From: Chrysomallon squamiferum
Taxonomy: Eukaryota > Animalia > Mollusca
Direction: 5' to 3'
NCBI GenBank assembly: GCA_012295275.1
Contig: CM022678.1
Span: forward strand, 17,112,001-17,176,000
Length of the DNA stretch: 64,000 bases
A program made the position numbers and the translations under genes. This document shows, in pieces, positions 42,758-58,454 of this stretch; position 1 is the stretch's first letter; each line of letters opens with the position of its first letter. The notes beneath the pieces were generated by a model. It ran no database searches. It was given only the letters and a program-made list of their open reading frames with translations, and was not told where the DNA came from.

Positions 42758-44143
42758 GTAATAGTAATAATAATAAATGAATAAATAAATAAATAAATAA
42801 ATAAATATCATATTCAGTTTTTTCATTTTAGTAATCGTAAATCTTTTATTCATACACTACCTACTACTTCATGGCTTTACCATATCCCCGAGAAACAAGG
42901 GACGTTACTCTAATACGAGTTTAGCAGACTGGATCGATAATTAAATGGTTTCACAAGCTCAGCAGCAGAGAGAAAAATCTGGATTCTTAGTGTAAAAATA
43001 TTGAGTTATTTTTTTAAATTATTAAAATAAATTAAATTTAAGAATAATATACTTGTCTTAAGTGACAATGAGGTTATATGAGTCGCATAACAATAGTTTG
43101 GTGTCTCCACCCAACAATGCCGGATACATAGCGATAGGTTGGCGAACATTTTCAACTCCGTTAATCGGTAGTCTTATTTACTGTTAATGTGCTATATACA
43201 TCGACAGCTGGTTTAAATTCTCACATTTATGTTGACTGTTGGAGTTATTAAAGGAAAAGTTAATATCTGTAACATTTAAAACGGCAGGCTTTACTTCCAA
43301 ATTACAGTTGCAAGATGGTTGCAATTAATCATTTATAATTCATTAATTTACGTTATCAAATAAATTATATCATGTATAGTCTGTATAACTAATTGTCGTC
43401 TGCATAATTATCACTATTGTTAAGTCCTTACAATTATCATTTTGTGGTGCCATTAACAAATACCAAAATATTAAATTATTAAACGAGATAAAGTGGAAAT
43501 TAAAGTTGCCTTTTGACCAATTAGCTGTTATAAATGTACACACAGTACACAAAAACAATCATGCATCAGTACACCTTTTCAAGTTCATGCAGGAACAATG
43601 CTGTTTGCGGGTACAAAAACATAATGTAAATTTCACATTGCCTTAGTGCTTGAACATTTTCAGTTACATGTTTGTTTATCTGTTTTTAGATGGATTCTGT
43701 GTTAATAAATTATTTCTGATAATATTTGTTTCTGAATCAAACTGTCCCTAAATTATTCACAGTAAAATAGGATATTTCCTTTGAATTTGAATCATGATTT
43801 ATGTGAAATAATCAGAAAGCACCAGAATACTCTTCCCCTGATTTGAAAGTAGGTTTTGTAATTTGAACAGTAACTTTGTATCATTATTACCATTATTGCC
43901 ATTATTATTAACATTTTGTTATTATGGTTACTATCATTAATGATATCATTATTGTTATTATAATTATTATTTATTGGTTTTATCATCATTATATTAAATT
44001 TATATAATTATTATTTACTGATATTACTACTGTTATTATTATAATGATTATTTACTGAAATTGTTTCTTTAATTTATATTTATTTATTTAAATTCTTAGA
44101 TGATTTTCTTCACATCATGCTAGAGTTTAGCACTGTTTGAAAA

Positions 44144-44735
44144 ATGGGTCAAGCTAACTCAAGGCAGGAAGCTTTCTGGGAGGCATGTGCCTTTGGACGA
44201 ACTCACCTTGTGAGAAAATTCATAGAAGAAGGAATAGATGTTAATTATGTCTCATACACTGATAGTTACACAGAGTGAACTTTTCAAAACCAGACCCTGT
44301 CTAAACCTGAATTCTCCAAAACAGCACACAATGTACAGCAAAACAATTTACATGTTCTTATAATACCTAAACCTCAATAAAAACAACAGCCCCCTCCAAA
44401 CCAAACCTAACTTTTTTAATCCTCATACTATTCAGTTATGAAAATTTGTTTTTCCATACAACTTTATGAAAATGTTCAAAAACTTAAAAAGGCAAATAGG
44501 ATAATGTATATTTTTGATAAAATTGTAAATATGCATTCACATGTATTTAAATTTATACATATGCGAGTGTGAGTATGTTCATACATACATATAATGTAAC
44601 ATACACACGTGTATTAATACACTTTAATTGTATTTACAGCAAGACTGCTGCCCTATTCATGTGGCATCTCAAGGAAAACCTGATGTTGTACACTTACTGC
44701 TTGAAGCAAACTGCGATGTGAATGTCAAGGACTTT
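44144..44735 (+). pseudogene. 5' fragment of an ankyrin-repeat gene (two exons)
   Basis: 44144-44260 encodes MGQANSRQEAFWEACAFGRTHLVRKFIEEGIDVNYVSYT (donor reads GATAGT); 44640-44735 encodes QDCCPIHVASQGKPDVVHLLLEANCDVNVKDF|GTAAAT; no further exons seen. Confidence 0.8.
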
Positions 44736-45090
44736 GTAAATACCTAATTTATTTTCATGATTAAATAATACCATAGTAACAAATTGTAAACATCTAATTT
44801 TGTATTATTATTATGTTAAATACTACGATATTAACAATATTTAAAATATCTGATTTTATTATTATTACCTTCAGATATTACTTCAGTATAACAAATTGTA
44901 AATATCAAATTTATTATGTTTAATACTGTGATAGTGACAATTTTTAAATATCAAATATTACCATAATAACCAATTGTAGATATCTTATTTTCTTATTATT
45001 ATATTTAAATATTACCAGTTTTATATTTGGTATATTACAGTAATTATAAGTCTGCATATCTCTGATTACTTTTTAAAAATAAAATTCTAA

Positions 45091-45196
45091 TATTTTCTAA
45101 TAAAAAAAAAAGCCCATAAAAATAAAATAAATAAATAAATAAATATTTTCTATTTTTTATTTATTTATTTTTATGGGCTTTTTTTATTAGAAAATA
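45091..45196. repeat. Fold-back inverted repeat
   Basis: TATTTTCTAATAAAAAAAAAAGCCCATAAAAATAAA ... TTTATTTTTATGGGCTTTTTTTATTAGAAAATA. Confidence 0.8.
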
Positions 45197-45413
45197 CTAA
45201 ATAATAATTGATATTTTCAGTTTTTCTTTTGAACCAGGCAACGCTATTATAATTTATAATTAATACAAAAATGAAAATGATATATCAGTGTTTATTTTGA
45301 AATCTACATTAGAATACTCTTTTCTTCCCCTTGTTATTTTCCTTGTTCACTTTGCGTTTCTCCCACGTGAAATTAACTTCCCTTTTAAATTATTAAAATT
45401 GTTTTCATTCCAG

Positions 45414-45679
45414 TGACGGTGTTGGGAAAACAGGTACTTCCATAGCTATAGATTATCTCTTTGACCAGGCACGGACCGACGGTAGACTTGACGTAGTTGA
45501 TTGTGTGTCACGTTTAAGAAAGCAACGAACACAAATGGTGCAAACTTTTTGGGGTATTTTGGAAACACATTTTTTCATTAATCCTATCATAGTAAGAGGA
45601 ATAGTGAAATATGTTGTCGATATAACTGTAACTAAAATCATTATTTATAAAGAATTATCATTACGTTATTATTATTATA

Positions 45680-45712
<33 letters not shown>

Positions 45713-45892
45713 TATATTATTATTATTACTATTTATTGATCTGTTTGACGTGAGTTTATTTGTTTTTATAATTTGTTTGTTCACACAATCTATTATTTTT
45801 GTTTTTCGTTACAGATCCAGTACAATTTTATTCATCAACTTCTGCTAGAACGGGTGCTATCATTCAACATTATTTCAGAGACAGTGATGTAA
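45414..45892 (+). pseudogene. PTP relic: last two exons
   Basis: [45 protein letters not shown] (catalytic R to K, donor lost) and 45815-45892 [14 protein letters not shown]. Confidence 0.85.
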
Positions 45893-46334
45893 GTGAAACG
45901 GACTGCAAAGAGGAAAGAGAAAATTAAAAATGAATAAATAAAAACTGAATTTACAGTCTGATTTTTAACTTTTTAAGAGGCTGAATATATCGCTAATCCA
46001 TATCAGGAATTGTAAAGGAGAAAGTATTTTCATTGGAAAGAAACAGAAAGTAACAGAAGTTCATTATTTGTATCGGAACATGTTTTTAACTTATCAGTTT
46101 TTATAATCAGTTGAAGTATACGAATGTTCAAAATATACTTAGAAGTGTTATTCTTCTAGAAAGGAATACAAAAAAAATATATACATTATTGTCCTGCTTG
46201 ACGTAGTGCAAAACGGAGGAGAGATTGCCAAAAACTGGATATCTGAACAACATCCAGAACTAGTCTAGTGTCTGTTGTTAGTTGTAAGTAAACATAATCA
46301 AGATTTCAATACCGCAATATTCCACTTAGAAATA

Positions 46335-46959
46335 TATTTCAGTTAGTTTGATCACAATGTATAGTTTTCTCATTTTCTTAGTTTATTTCATTACAATGCA
46401 GATTTCTTCCATTATTGCTGTTAGTTTCATCACAATGTAAAGTTGTTTCATTATTTTGCTAGTTTCATCACAATCTGGAATAGTTTCATAATTGTTGTTA
46501 GTTTCACCACAGTTTATTGTTGTTTCATTTTATTTGTTAGTTTCATCACAATGAAGAGATACTTCATTATTTTTGTTTCTTTCATTACAATGTAGAGTTG
46601 TTTCATAATTTGTATTAGATTAGTCACAGTCGAGACACATTTCATTATTGTTCTTAGTTCCACCACCATATCAAATTATTTCATTATTTTTGTTAGTTTA
46701 GTCACAGTGAAGAGACATTTCATTACTGTTGTTAGTTCCACCACCATATCGAATTATTTCATTATTTTTGTTAGTTTTATCTGAATGTTGAATTGTTTCG
46801 TTATTACTGTTACTTTTAGCATTATGTAGAGTTGTTTGATTATTTTGGTTAGTTTCATCACAATGTATTGTTGTTTAATTATTTTCCTTAGTTTCATCAT
46901 AATGTAGAGTTGCTTCATTATTTTTGTTAGTTTCATCAGAAGGTATATCTCTGTGTATG

Positions 46960-47037
<78 letters not shown>

Positions 47038-47250
47038 GTGTAGTGTTTTATTTACATATTTACATTATTTACATTATTGTTGTTAGTTCCACCACCATAT
47101 CGAATTCTTTCATTATTTTTGTTAGTTTTGTCTGAATGTTGAATTGTTTCGTTATTACTGTTACTTTTAGCAGTACTTAGAGTTCTTTGATTATTTTTCT
47201 TAGTTTCATCACAACGTAGAGTCGCTTCATTATTTTTGTTAGTTCATCAG
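46335..47250. repeat. ~36-37-bp degenerate minisatellite with internal block duplication
   Basis: Units like TTCATTATTTTTGTTAGTTTCATCACAATGTAGAGTTGT; ~46720-46960 is repeated at ~47070-47270, each block ending in (GA)n. Confidence 0.8.
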
Positions 47251-47290
47251 AAGCTATATCTCTGTGTTTGTTTGTGTGTGTGTGTGTGTG

Positions 47291-47377
<87 letters not shown>

Positions 47378-47389
47378 ATATTTAAGGCT

Positions 47390-47988
<599 letters not shown>

Positions 47989-48759
47989 AAAAAATTAATA
48001 TAGTAGAAGCACATGATACCCACACATTGTACTCACAAAAAAATCTTAGTATACAAAGACAGAGAAAGATGTTTTACTTTAATTTCATTTATTTAATTTA
48101 ATTTAAGTTTATTTCATTCCCATTATTTAATTTTATTTTAATTCAATTATTTCATTACATTTCAGTTATTAATTTTATTTTCATTTTTTTTATTCAATTT
48201 ATTTTATTTTATTAACATTACAAGTAAAACTGAAAATGGGATTTGTACATTTCTGACACACACACGCTCACACATAAATCTAAAATAATAATAATCATTT
48301 TAGTGTAAATATATTGAGATAATTTTTTTAATTATTAAAATAAATTAGATTCAGGAATAATATACTTGTAGGTGATGATGAGATTATATGAGTTGCATAA
48401 GTATAGTTTATCCCCTCCAGCCAACAATGCCGGATACATAGCGATAGGTAGGCGAATCTTTTCAAGATCGTTAATCAGTAGCCTTATTCACTGTTATATG
48501 CATCGACAGCTTTTTAAAAACACTCACATTATGTTGATTGTTTGAGCTATTAGAGGTTTTACTTGAAGATTATAGTTGCAAGATGGTTGCAATTAATTAA
48601 TTTGGGTCAACATGTATACTCTATAATCTTTATAGCTAATAATCGTCTGCATAATTATCACTGCTATTATAAGTCTTTATAAGGATGTATGTGTGTATGT
48701 ATGTATGTTTATGTGTATCAGTTCATGTACATTCGTAGGAAATATTTCCAGTGTAGTAC

Positions 48760-49111
48760 AATTTCTATTCTAAATGTAGAAAGGCGTCGTTGTGAAACTA
48801 TTTATTTTTATATCATGACTAACAAGGAAATTGAAACTATAGATATGGCCGAACAGAGCACAAACGACAGGACATTTTAAAATTTGTAGACAAATATAAG
48901 TATTTTTTGTTTCTTTCTTTATTGTCTAAAGTATTAAATATGTTAAGATAGTGTGTTACGTACAGAAGGACAGATACAGGAAACTCGAATAACTTTCTCT
49001 GTCACGAATTTAAACAAGAACACGGAGAAACCCGATTCGCAATGACGGAAGTTCAATTAAAAGTGTCCACGATAATAATTCTACTGTTTGTTTTATCGCA
49101 GACAGGTAAGT
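48760..49111 (+). promoter_or_regulatory. Leader cassette 7 (copy C), exon CDS 49042-49105
   Basis: GGAAATTGAAACTA 48826; the usual ATG is GTG (49063) but the in-frame ATG at 49042 gives [22 protein letters not shown]|GTAAG. Confidence 0.7.
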
Positions 49112-50200
49112 GTGTTTGAATTCTTTAAAAATGTGTTTGAGTTTGTGTGTTGTATTTGTGTGTGAGGTGTGTACGTGTGCACGCGCGTTCTTGTGTTTGT
49201 GACTGAATTAGGTTGGAAACACTTATATCTTTAGGCCACATAAAATAACTTACTTCATTTGAATTGTGTTAAAAATAACCAGACACTCTAATGAAAAACT
49301 TGGACAGGAAAACACTGTAACACATTTTTAAAGAATTCCTAAATGCTGCTTGAACTTCGATTATTATGTCCGTTCAAGATAGAAATTTAATCTATTGTTT
49401 TTACCCGGTAACCATGACATCATCACCAGTGAAAGAAATAGCGTATAAGATCAAGATACAGTTTTTATCCATTGTTTAACATAGTAGCAAAAATATATGT
49501 AATAGGTCTATAATCCCCCCCCGCCAGCCGCCCCTGTCAATTTAATCATAATAAACAACATTGAGTACAGTTTAAAATATCTAGGCGATGTCTCTATTAC
49601 GGTATCAATGATCTGATCACGAGTGAAGGAAATATTTCCTGCGTGACACGACTTATATTCTAAATATAGACACGTGTCATTATAAAAATACGAAAAACAT
49701 GTTTGTTTTTAAATACGATCTATTCCCCATGGCGTACAAGGAAACTGAAACTATAGATAGGGGCCGAAGCGGCCATAAACGATATTCGAAAAGTTTTTGT
49801 CTAAAGTATTTAACATGTTACGGTAATGTGTTACGTATAAAATAACAGACACTGGAAAATCGAACTACTTTTTCATTCACGAGTTTACAAGAACATTGAG
49901 ATACCCGATTGACGCGGACGGAAGTAATGTAAATCAAATCAAACCTTTTCTGTGTACACTGCATAAAAATTGCACTATATTTTACATTTAGTGAGTAAAC
50001 TTTATCATTGTACAATAATCCTTCGTAAATCCTGCTTGAGTTTCAAGTTCTGCATCAAATACAGTTTCAATCTTTAATTTAACACAGTAGCAAAAATAAA
50101 ATATAATGTCGATAATTTCCCCTCCTCCACCAATTTATTATTTTTGTCTTTTGTGAAAATCGTTTTCCTTTTCGTTTTTTCTTCGTTTTTTTCTTAATTA

Positions 50201-50252
<52 letters not shown>

Positions 50253-53200
50253 TTAAATTTCACGAGCTTTTAGAAAACATGCATGTTAATATTTGTTTTA
50301 ATTAATTAAAAGCATTTTGGAAATCTTTTAATTTTTTTCTAGGGTTCCTTCCCAAGATAATCCGATTGTTTGTGTAGCGTGAACTCAGTTAATAGCGGCG
50401 TTTGTGTTCTCCTAGTAGGACGACAGAACGCAGGAAGTTCTTGCGTCATACGATAAACTGTTACATTTTTAATCATGAAATTTGGTGAGGCCGTAAGCTA
50501 TACTTGTTTAGCTGGTAGCTAAATCAGGGACTGGCAGTGTGTCGACCTTAATTCCATGTTCTTATTTGACACTCTTAACGTTTTAGTAATAGCACAACTA
50601 GCTATCAACAATAACTCTTATTTTCCTAAAATTAATAGCGTTTCCAGTAGAGTGATAGAACAGAGGAAGTCTGCATTTTCAATGCGCGCGTTGCTTCATA
50701 AGTGAGAGCGATAGTGGGAAACACATTTTAACGTCATATGATAAACAATAAAGTATTAATCATAAAACTTTGATGAATAATTATTTAAACTTTCAGTTAA
50801 ATTTTAATAAATGTTGTTTAAGTTTAAACCCTTAATTCTTAAATTATTTGTCTGTTTGATGGGCGTTCCACCTTTTCACTGTTTGAAACCTTCAAAATTG
50901 TTCCGACGACTGCTTTAAAGATTCTCTCTGAGCACAAAGCCAGTGATATCAACCTGATAGGTACGTGATGTGGGAGTGAAGATACAACAATAGCAACCAC
51001 AACAATAATAACAAAGAAAACTAAATTGTTTATAAATGAGAACAACAATAACAACCTTAGCAAAGCTAATAAATATATAAATAAGAAAACACATAAATAA
51101 ATAAATAAATCAGTAGAGATTACTCAGAATTTTTTTTTATGATAAAGACAATGTACTTATGATTCTATGTATGTTTGTATATATATTATACATATAAATG
51201 TGTGTATATGTTTCGTACGTGTGCGTTTCTGTGCATGCATGTTTGTGTTTATATATGTATATAGTGATGTGTATATGTATTTGCACGTCTTGCTGTATGT
51301 ATTTTTTTATATATATATATATGTATGTATGTATGCATATCTTTACATCGTGAATAGTATTTGATATAATGTGTTTTGATTCAAACTGTTCAGTTTTAGT
51401 TATGAGCTTCACATGTAAAGACAACTCAGAACTATGTTTCCCAGAAAATTGCGCGCAGGAAAACGAAATGGACTGCATGAAGACTTGTGGAGTTTGTACA
51501 GGTAAAATTAAGAGGAGCAGGATATAAGATAATTTACACGTGAGAAAAGATAGATACGTAGGAACGGATATATTAGGAAACATGCTCGACATCTTATTCA
51601 GAACTCCAAAGCAGTATACATAGTGTAGGAGAGATACGCAGGATCCGTAACAGGACACATAGGAAAGTTGTGTATTAGGAAAGATAGCTTGTAAATTAAG
51701 CAGGACGTATTCACAGATAACAAGCTATATTAAAGTAGGCTACATAGATATATGTATACCAGTATGCAGCATATATGAACCGGAATACATATGTATCATA
51801 AAATCTGGTTTCATGAATACAAACGCTAGCGTACGCATACATATATCAAGAAGCAAACAGCATATATAAAACAGTCACAAAAACACGAACGTTTTTAAGT
51901 TATGTTAATAAATATAACGGTTTTTCTTTTTGCACACATACATATTCAGATATACTATTTTTCTTTCAGAAAGTTAATATAATTAATTTCTTTTACGCGT
52001 GCTAACAAACCTCGTATTTACTTTCTCTACTTCTCTTTTATTTTCTGTAAATGTGGTAAAATTGCGCACACGACACCCTCTAGTTCTCGGTAAATTAATA
52101 CGAATAATTCTATTTTTAGATGAGGGATGTTCTAAAGGTTATTACCATGTTGCTGGCGACACGTGTTATTCCTGTTCTGTCAAAAACTCAAAAACTTCAC
52201 AAAATTACAAAGAAAAATGTAACATAGTTTGTCCCAGTAACAAAACACATGGTAAACACTGTGAAAAGAACTGCAGTGACAGTTGCTTGAACAGAATATG
52301 TCTGCGCTGGACGGGAGATTGTGACCTTTGTCCTACTGGATTCTACGGACCACGTTGTCAGCAGCATTCTCATTGTAATCACATCGACGAAAAAGGCTTC
52401 TGCAACAGTGACTGTTATACTGGGTTTTTTGGTCCAAAGTGCGAAGAAGAGTGCCCGTTGCGATGTAAAGACGAAGTTTGCAATAAAACGACGGGAGACT
52501 GTTTACAATGCGTCGAAGGATTTTGGGATAAATTTTGTCAGTTTAGTTGTTCAAGCAACTGTCTAAGAAATTCCTGTGATAGAAATGGTGAATGCTCTTT
52601 AGGTTGCAAAGTTGGGTTTTTCGGAAAGAACTGCTCAGAGAAATGCAGCGCAAACTGTCTACATCAGCTATGTAATAGGGAAAACGGATCGTGTACGGAT
52701 GGTTGCGTTTCTGGTAAATATTACGGAGACTTTTGCGACAAAGACTGTCATCATCGTTGTCTGAATTCTGTACGTGACCGTACAACCGGGAAATGTACGA
52801 ACGGATGCAACGGCACTAATATTTATGGGGCATTTTGCAACTATTCTTGTGGCTCGGAATGCCGTGTTCGGTGTGATAATATCTCCGATTACGTTGAATG
52901 CAGGGCGGTTTGTGTCAGCGGAAGAAAGGGAGAACACTGCAGCGATTTGTGTCCTGGGAATTGTAAAGGATCATGTGATCAGCTTTCAGGACGATGTCTT
53001 CATGGATGTGTTTCTGGTCACCATGGTATCTACTGCAACAAATCATGCCCCGCTAACTGTCTGGGAAGTGCATGCCATCAAACCAACAGAACGTGTGTAC
53101 ACGGATGTGTAAAGTCGTTCTATGGACCGACCTGCTCAAATAGATGCAGTGACAACTGCGCTGTATGTGATAGTAATGACACCAGTATTGTGAATTATCG

Positions 53201-53317
53201 TCACAACGAATGTAAGTATTCAGAACAAACACACACGCATACACACACAAAAAAATGCACAGATGCATACATACATCCATAGATATATCGAAGGAAAATC
53301 AACAAAAATCAACAAAA

Positions 53318-53385
<68 letters not shown>

Positions 53386-53850
53386 AAAAAGAGAAAAAGA
53401 TGAAGTTTCTGCTAATGAATAGTTTCTTCTCACACTGTTTTTATTAGTGATTGGTTTGTTATTGCGTTTACATAATCTGGTTTGTTTGTTTATTGTGTGT
53501 CCATATTCTTGTTACTTAACTATTTGGATAACAATGTTTTGACTGCTTAACTATTGTGTAACTATATTGCGCTTGTTGACTATTTTGATAGCAACTTTCT
53601 GATTGGTTAACAATTGTGATAGCTATTTTCTGATTCGTTAACAATTGTAATAGCTATTTTCTGATTTATTAACAATTGTAATAGCTATTTTCTGATTTGT
53701 TATCCATTGTTTTTTCAGTGATTTTCTCGTCTGATGTCCATTGGTTGATATTTATGTACGGAGTTTTGAGTGTTTTGACTTTGTTGTCGATTTCTTTAGC
53801 TGGGTTCTTTTTCTTGAGGTATTATTTTATTTATTTATTTATTTATTTGT

Positions 53851-53899
<49 letters not shown>

Positions 53900-55275
53900 T
53901 TTATTAGTTTTATTACAATTAGTATCATCGTTTTTTGGTAGTTTTGCTATTAGTTGTATATGTTTAGTACAACAATAACAACAGTGTGAAATTTAGCTCT
54001 CATTGTAAATTATAATCACTGTCTCTTTCTATGTTTGTTTTATAGTGTGAAATGTTAATGCATATTCTGGTAGTTAATAATGATAATAACGATCATGATG
54101 ATGACGACATTGCCGTTATGAAAATGATAATGGCGATGATGATGATGGTGATGATGAAGATAATAATAAAATTTATATTAGTGCAGAAATATGACATAAA
54201 AGTTATTACAGTTGTGATTATAAATTATTATTTTAATTTATATATCCAGAAAAATAAAGAAAATATCTAAAAATGTACAAAAACGACGTATGGAGAGCTT
54301 AATTCGAGCACGTGTTCACCAGATACATCACGTGGAAATGCAACCAGGTTGTGTAATTTAATTAATTACGATTTAATGAGGGTAACCACAACAACAACCA
54401 CACACTCAGACACACACACACACACACACACAAAGAAAACAAACAAGAAGAGAAAGTGAAAAGAAAAACCCACCAAGACATAACAACAGCAAGAACAAGC
54501 AACACCACCACGGCCACGCAAAAGAAGAAGAATAACAACAACAACAACAACAACAGCAATACTACTACTAATAATAATAGAAGTAGTAATAGTATGCATC
54601 AGTGGTACATCTTTGTGGTGATTATGATAATTATGATATTAAGAATTTGAAATAATGAGAAAAATTTTTGTTTTTCTATGCTAATGTTGTGACGTACAGA
54701 TTAGTAGTTACAAAACACTTAATATTAACAGTTAATGTCAAACTATGACGAGGAGTCATGAAAGAAATATTTATTGATTGCTTCAATGATTTTGTTAACT
54801 TCAGCAACTTGGCAGAGCAATTCCGACACGTCAGTAGATGCTACGGATGGAGTCCGTTGCCATAGCAATCCATCTCATCCTTCAGCTGCGGATGGCATAG
54901 TGATCACCTATGATGAAAATGATGATGATAATGAGAGTAATCATTATGAGTACATAGATGACTGCATGATATCAAGTGTTAATTCTAGCACAGGAATGTC
55001 TTCAAACGTTCCTCAGAACGAGGCTGATGAATGCGAAATCGAAAACGAGACTTTCTATTACAAAGGTCTAACATCTAACAATGCAAACAACACGAACGAT
55101 GTCGTGCCGCTTCTACAGTCCGAGCAAGATGAAAGTGTTGATATTAAACATTTTCACACATATGTGTACAACATGAGTCTTATGAAAGGTTTCCATGTTG
55201 AATTTCAGGTAATGAAATGCTTATATTTTCCTTTTTTTTTCCTTGTTAAATGTTTATTGTGTTTGCTATATATAA

Positions 55276-55343
<68 letters not shown>

Positions 55344-55345
55344 TT

Positions 55346-55376
<31 letters not shown>

Positions 55377-55434
55377 TTTATTTAATTTATTTATTTAGTT
55401 ACCTTTATTTTTATTATAATGTTTATGTTATTTA

Positions 55435-55477
<43 letters not shown>

Positions 55478-56206
55478 GTTGTTATTATTATTAATACTCC
55501 TGTTCTTGTAATTTATTGATTGATTACTGATTGTAATTATTTGGTAATATTTTTCCTTAAAACTAATGAATTATGTTGTTAATTAATTGATATGTTTACT
55601 TATTGTCGTTTTAGAATTTATGTTATACATAGTTTGTCAATCGAGGTACAGGATTCAAATTTTATATATTCATGCATAATCACATACACAGAAACCTCAT
55701 GCGTACATACATTACAAATAAAACATTAATTACGGATCCTTTGTCAGTTTTTACAGAAAATAAATTTATATTCTACCAACGTAGCAGACAAGTTAGAAAA
55801 TGTTTCTAAAAATAGATACAGGGATATAAAGCCATGTAAGTAGAAATGTGAACTATTATGTCGTTATTTTCCCTGTCTCGCTTGTTCTTGTCTTTTGTTT
55901 ATTGTATTCCTCTTTACTTTTTATTCTTGTTGTTGTTGTTATATATGTTTATTTCCCCTGTCAGTGTTGTTCTTCTTATTAGTTTCTTGTTGTTTCTGCT
56001 TTGATTGTTGTTGTTGTTTTCAGCTATCAGAAAGAGTGATATCATAATTTTCTATACAAAATTATATAAAACATTACATAAAATAACCTGCAGACTATCT
56101 GTATTAATCATGCTATAAATAGAGATACTACTACTGCTGCTACTACTGCTTCTACTACTACTTGTTGTTGTTGTTGTTGTTGTTGTTGTTCTTCTTCTTC
56201 TTCTTC

Positions 56207-56252
<46 letters not shown>

Positions 56253-57366
56253 CATCATCATCATCATCATCATCATTAATACCAAACAACTGAAATATAT
56301 ATAGTTTAAAATAGTTTTATTAAAGTTTATTCAAATTATATCCTAAACATTTACCCATTATTTATTTATTTTTCACTGTTTTTTTTAATAATTATTTGAA
56401 AAGATGATTATAACAGAGTGACGCTTGAGTTAATTCATGGAATCCCATTCACAGATTATATCAACGCAAGTTTTATTGATGTAAGCTTATTTATTTATCT
56501 ATTCATTTATTTAATAATTTATTATTTATTTATTAAATATATTAATTTGCATAATGTATGCACACAAACATACACACGCACACACACATATGCAAACAGA
56601 TATATATATATATATACGCACACCTACACACATACTTACTTCCATTTATTTGTATTTATTTACTTACATATCTATATATTTTTTAAATGTATTAATTATA
56701 TTAATTTCAATTCAGGGCTATCACAAATCAAAGTGGTATATTGCAGCACAAGGTCCTACAGAAAAGACAGCAGCTGATTTCTGGAGAATGGTTTGGGAGG
56801 TCAACTCTACTCATATCGTAATGCTTACGAATTTAGTTGAAAACAACCAGGTTTGCCCTCTCTCTCTATCTTTATATATATTTGGAATTTCATTCTTTAT
56901 GTTTAAATCTCTGATTTTCTCCCTGTCAGTTTCTCCCTATCTGTCTGCCTCTCTGTTTCTGTAGATAGGTACATAGAGACAGACAGATAAGGTTTTAAAC
57001 GTAAATAAATAAATTAAAAGCATGTATTATTTATATCTTTGTAAATGTTTTATAGAAAAAGAGCGAAAGAATTCTGTTTAGTAGTATCTCTTACAGTCAA
57101 AATGTTCACTTTACTGGCCTAACACGGAAACTAAGAGCAAGACCTACGGAGGTATTATGGTCGAACTGAAACAAGTTGAAGTTCATCCAACATACAGTTC
57201 TAGGATTTTTAATCTTTCCAAGGTTTTTTGATATTTAATTTTTAACGCATCAGAAAGTTTATTTGGTTCTAAAATTCTTGTTTTTTTCTGGTACTGTAAA
57301 TACATACTTCTATACATATGTACATACATAAATAGATGTATACATAATACGCAACACACATATATA

Positions 57367-57405
<39 letters not shown>

Positions 57406-58375
57406 TTATTTATTTATTTACTTATTAAATAATTAATTATTATATCATTAATATATCCTATTTATTTGTTTACTTTTGATTACTTATTTACTTATTTAAT
57501 TAATAATTAATTAATTATTTTCTTACTTTGTTCTCTCTTCCTTCCTTTGTTTATTTATTTGTTTGTTTGTTTGTTTGTTTGTCTGTTTAATTCATTATTA
57601 AGAAAAGTAATCCGGAATTGACAAGAACTGTGACACAACTACACTACATGGACTGGATGGACAAACAAGTGCCAAACAGTATACATGCATTGCTTCATTT
57701 TATCCTGTATGTGAGGGGCTCAGAGATAGGGGGGATAATCATCCGTCAATAGTTCACTGCAGGTATAGTAGTTTACTGTTTCAACTGATTTTCTTTTATT
57801 TAGAATAAAGGTACAAAAAATGAATATAAAAAAACCCAACAAAATTAAGAAATAAAGAAAGAATAAAGAATGAAAAAAGGAAATAAAGAAATCGTTTTCT
57901 GAATAAATGAATAAATAAAATGATTAATGAATGACAGCATACTAAATACAAATTGACATTTTCGTTTTCTATTCAACTAGACAAATCCGTGTTAATTTTC
58001 TAATTAATACAAACATGCAAATGATATATCAGTTGCTATTAGGAGATCTACATTAGAATAACCTTTTTCCCCTTGATATTCTTCTTCGTTTTTCATTTTT
58101 CTCAGTTGAAATAGAGTTCATTTGTAAAATTATTAAAATTGTTTTCCTTCCAGTGATGGTGTTGGAAGAACAGGTACTTTCATAGCTATAGATTATCTTC
58201 TTGACCAGGCACTGACCGAAGGAAAACTTAACGTACTTGGTTGTGTGTCACGTTTAAGAAAACAACGAACTCAAATGGTGCAAACTTTTGTGAGTATTTT
58301 GGATTATCTACTCATTAGAAATAATTTTTATATGCAGTTATCATTATGTTATTATTATCGTTGTGATTGTTGTTG

Positions 58376-58454
<79 letters not shown>

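Noticed and set aside
44640-45892. Chimeric ankyrin-PTP gene
   Set aside because: The ankyrin exon ends in phase 0 but the PTP exon needs phase 2, and donors are damaged in both relics.
46335-47250. 36-37-bp repeats as a CRISPR array or repeat protein (ORF 46754-46936)
   Set aside because: Units are contiguous and degenerate with no unique spacers or cas genes; variable unit length breaks the frame; the context is eukaryotic.
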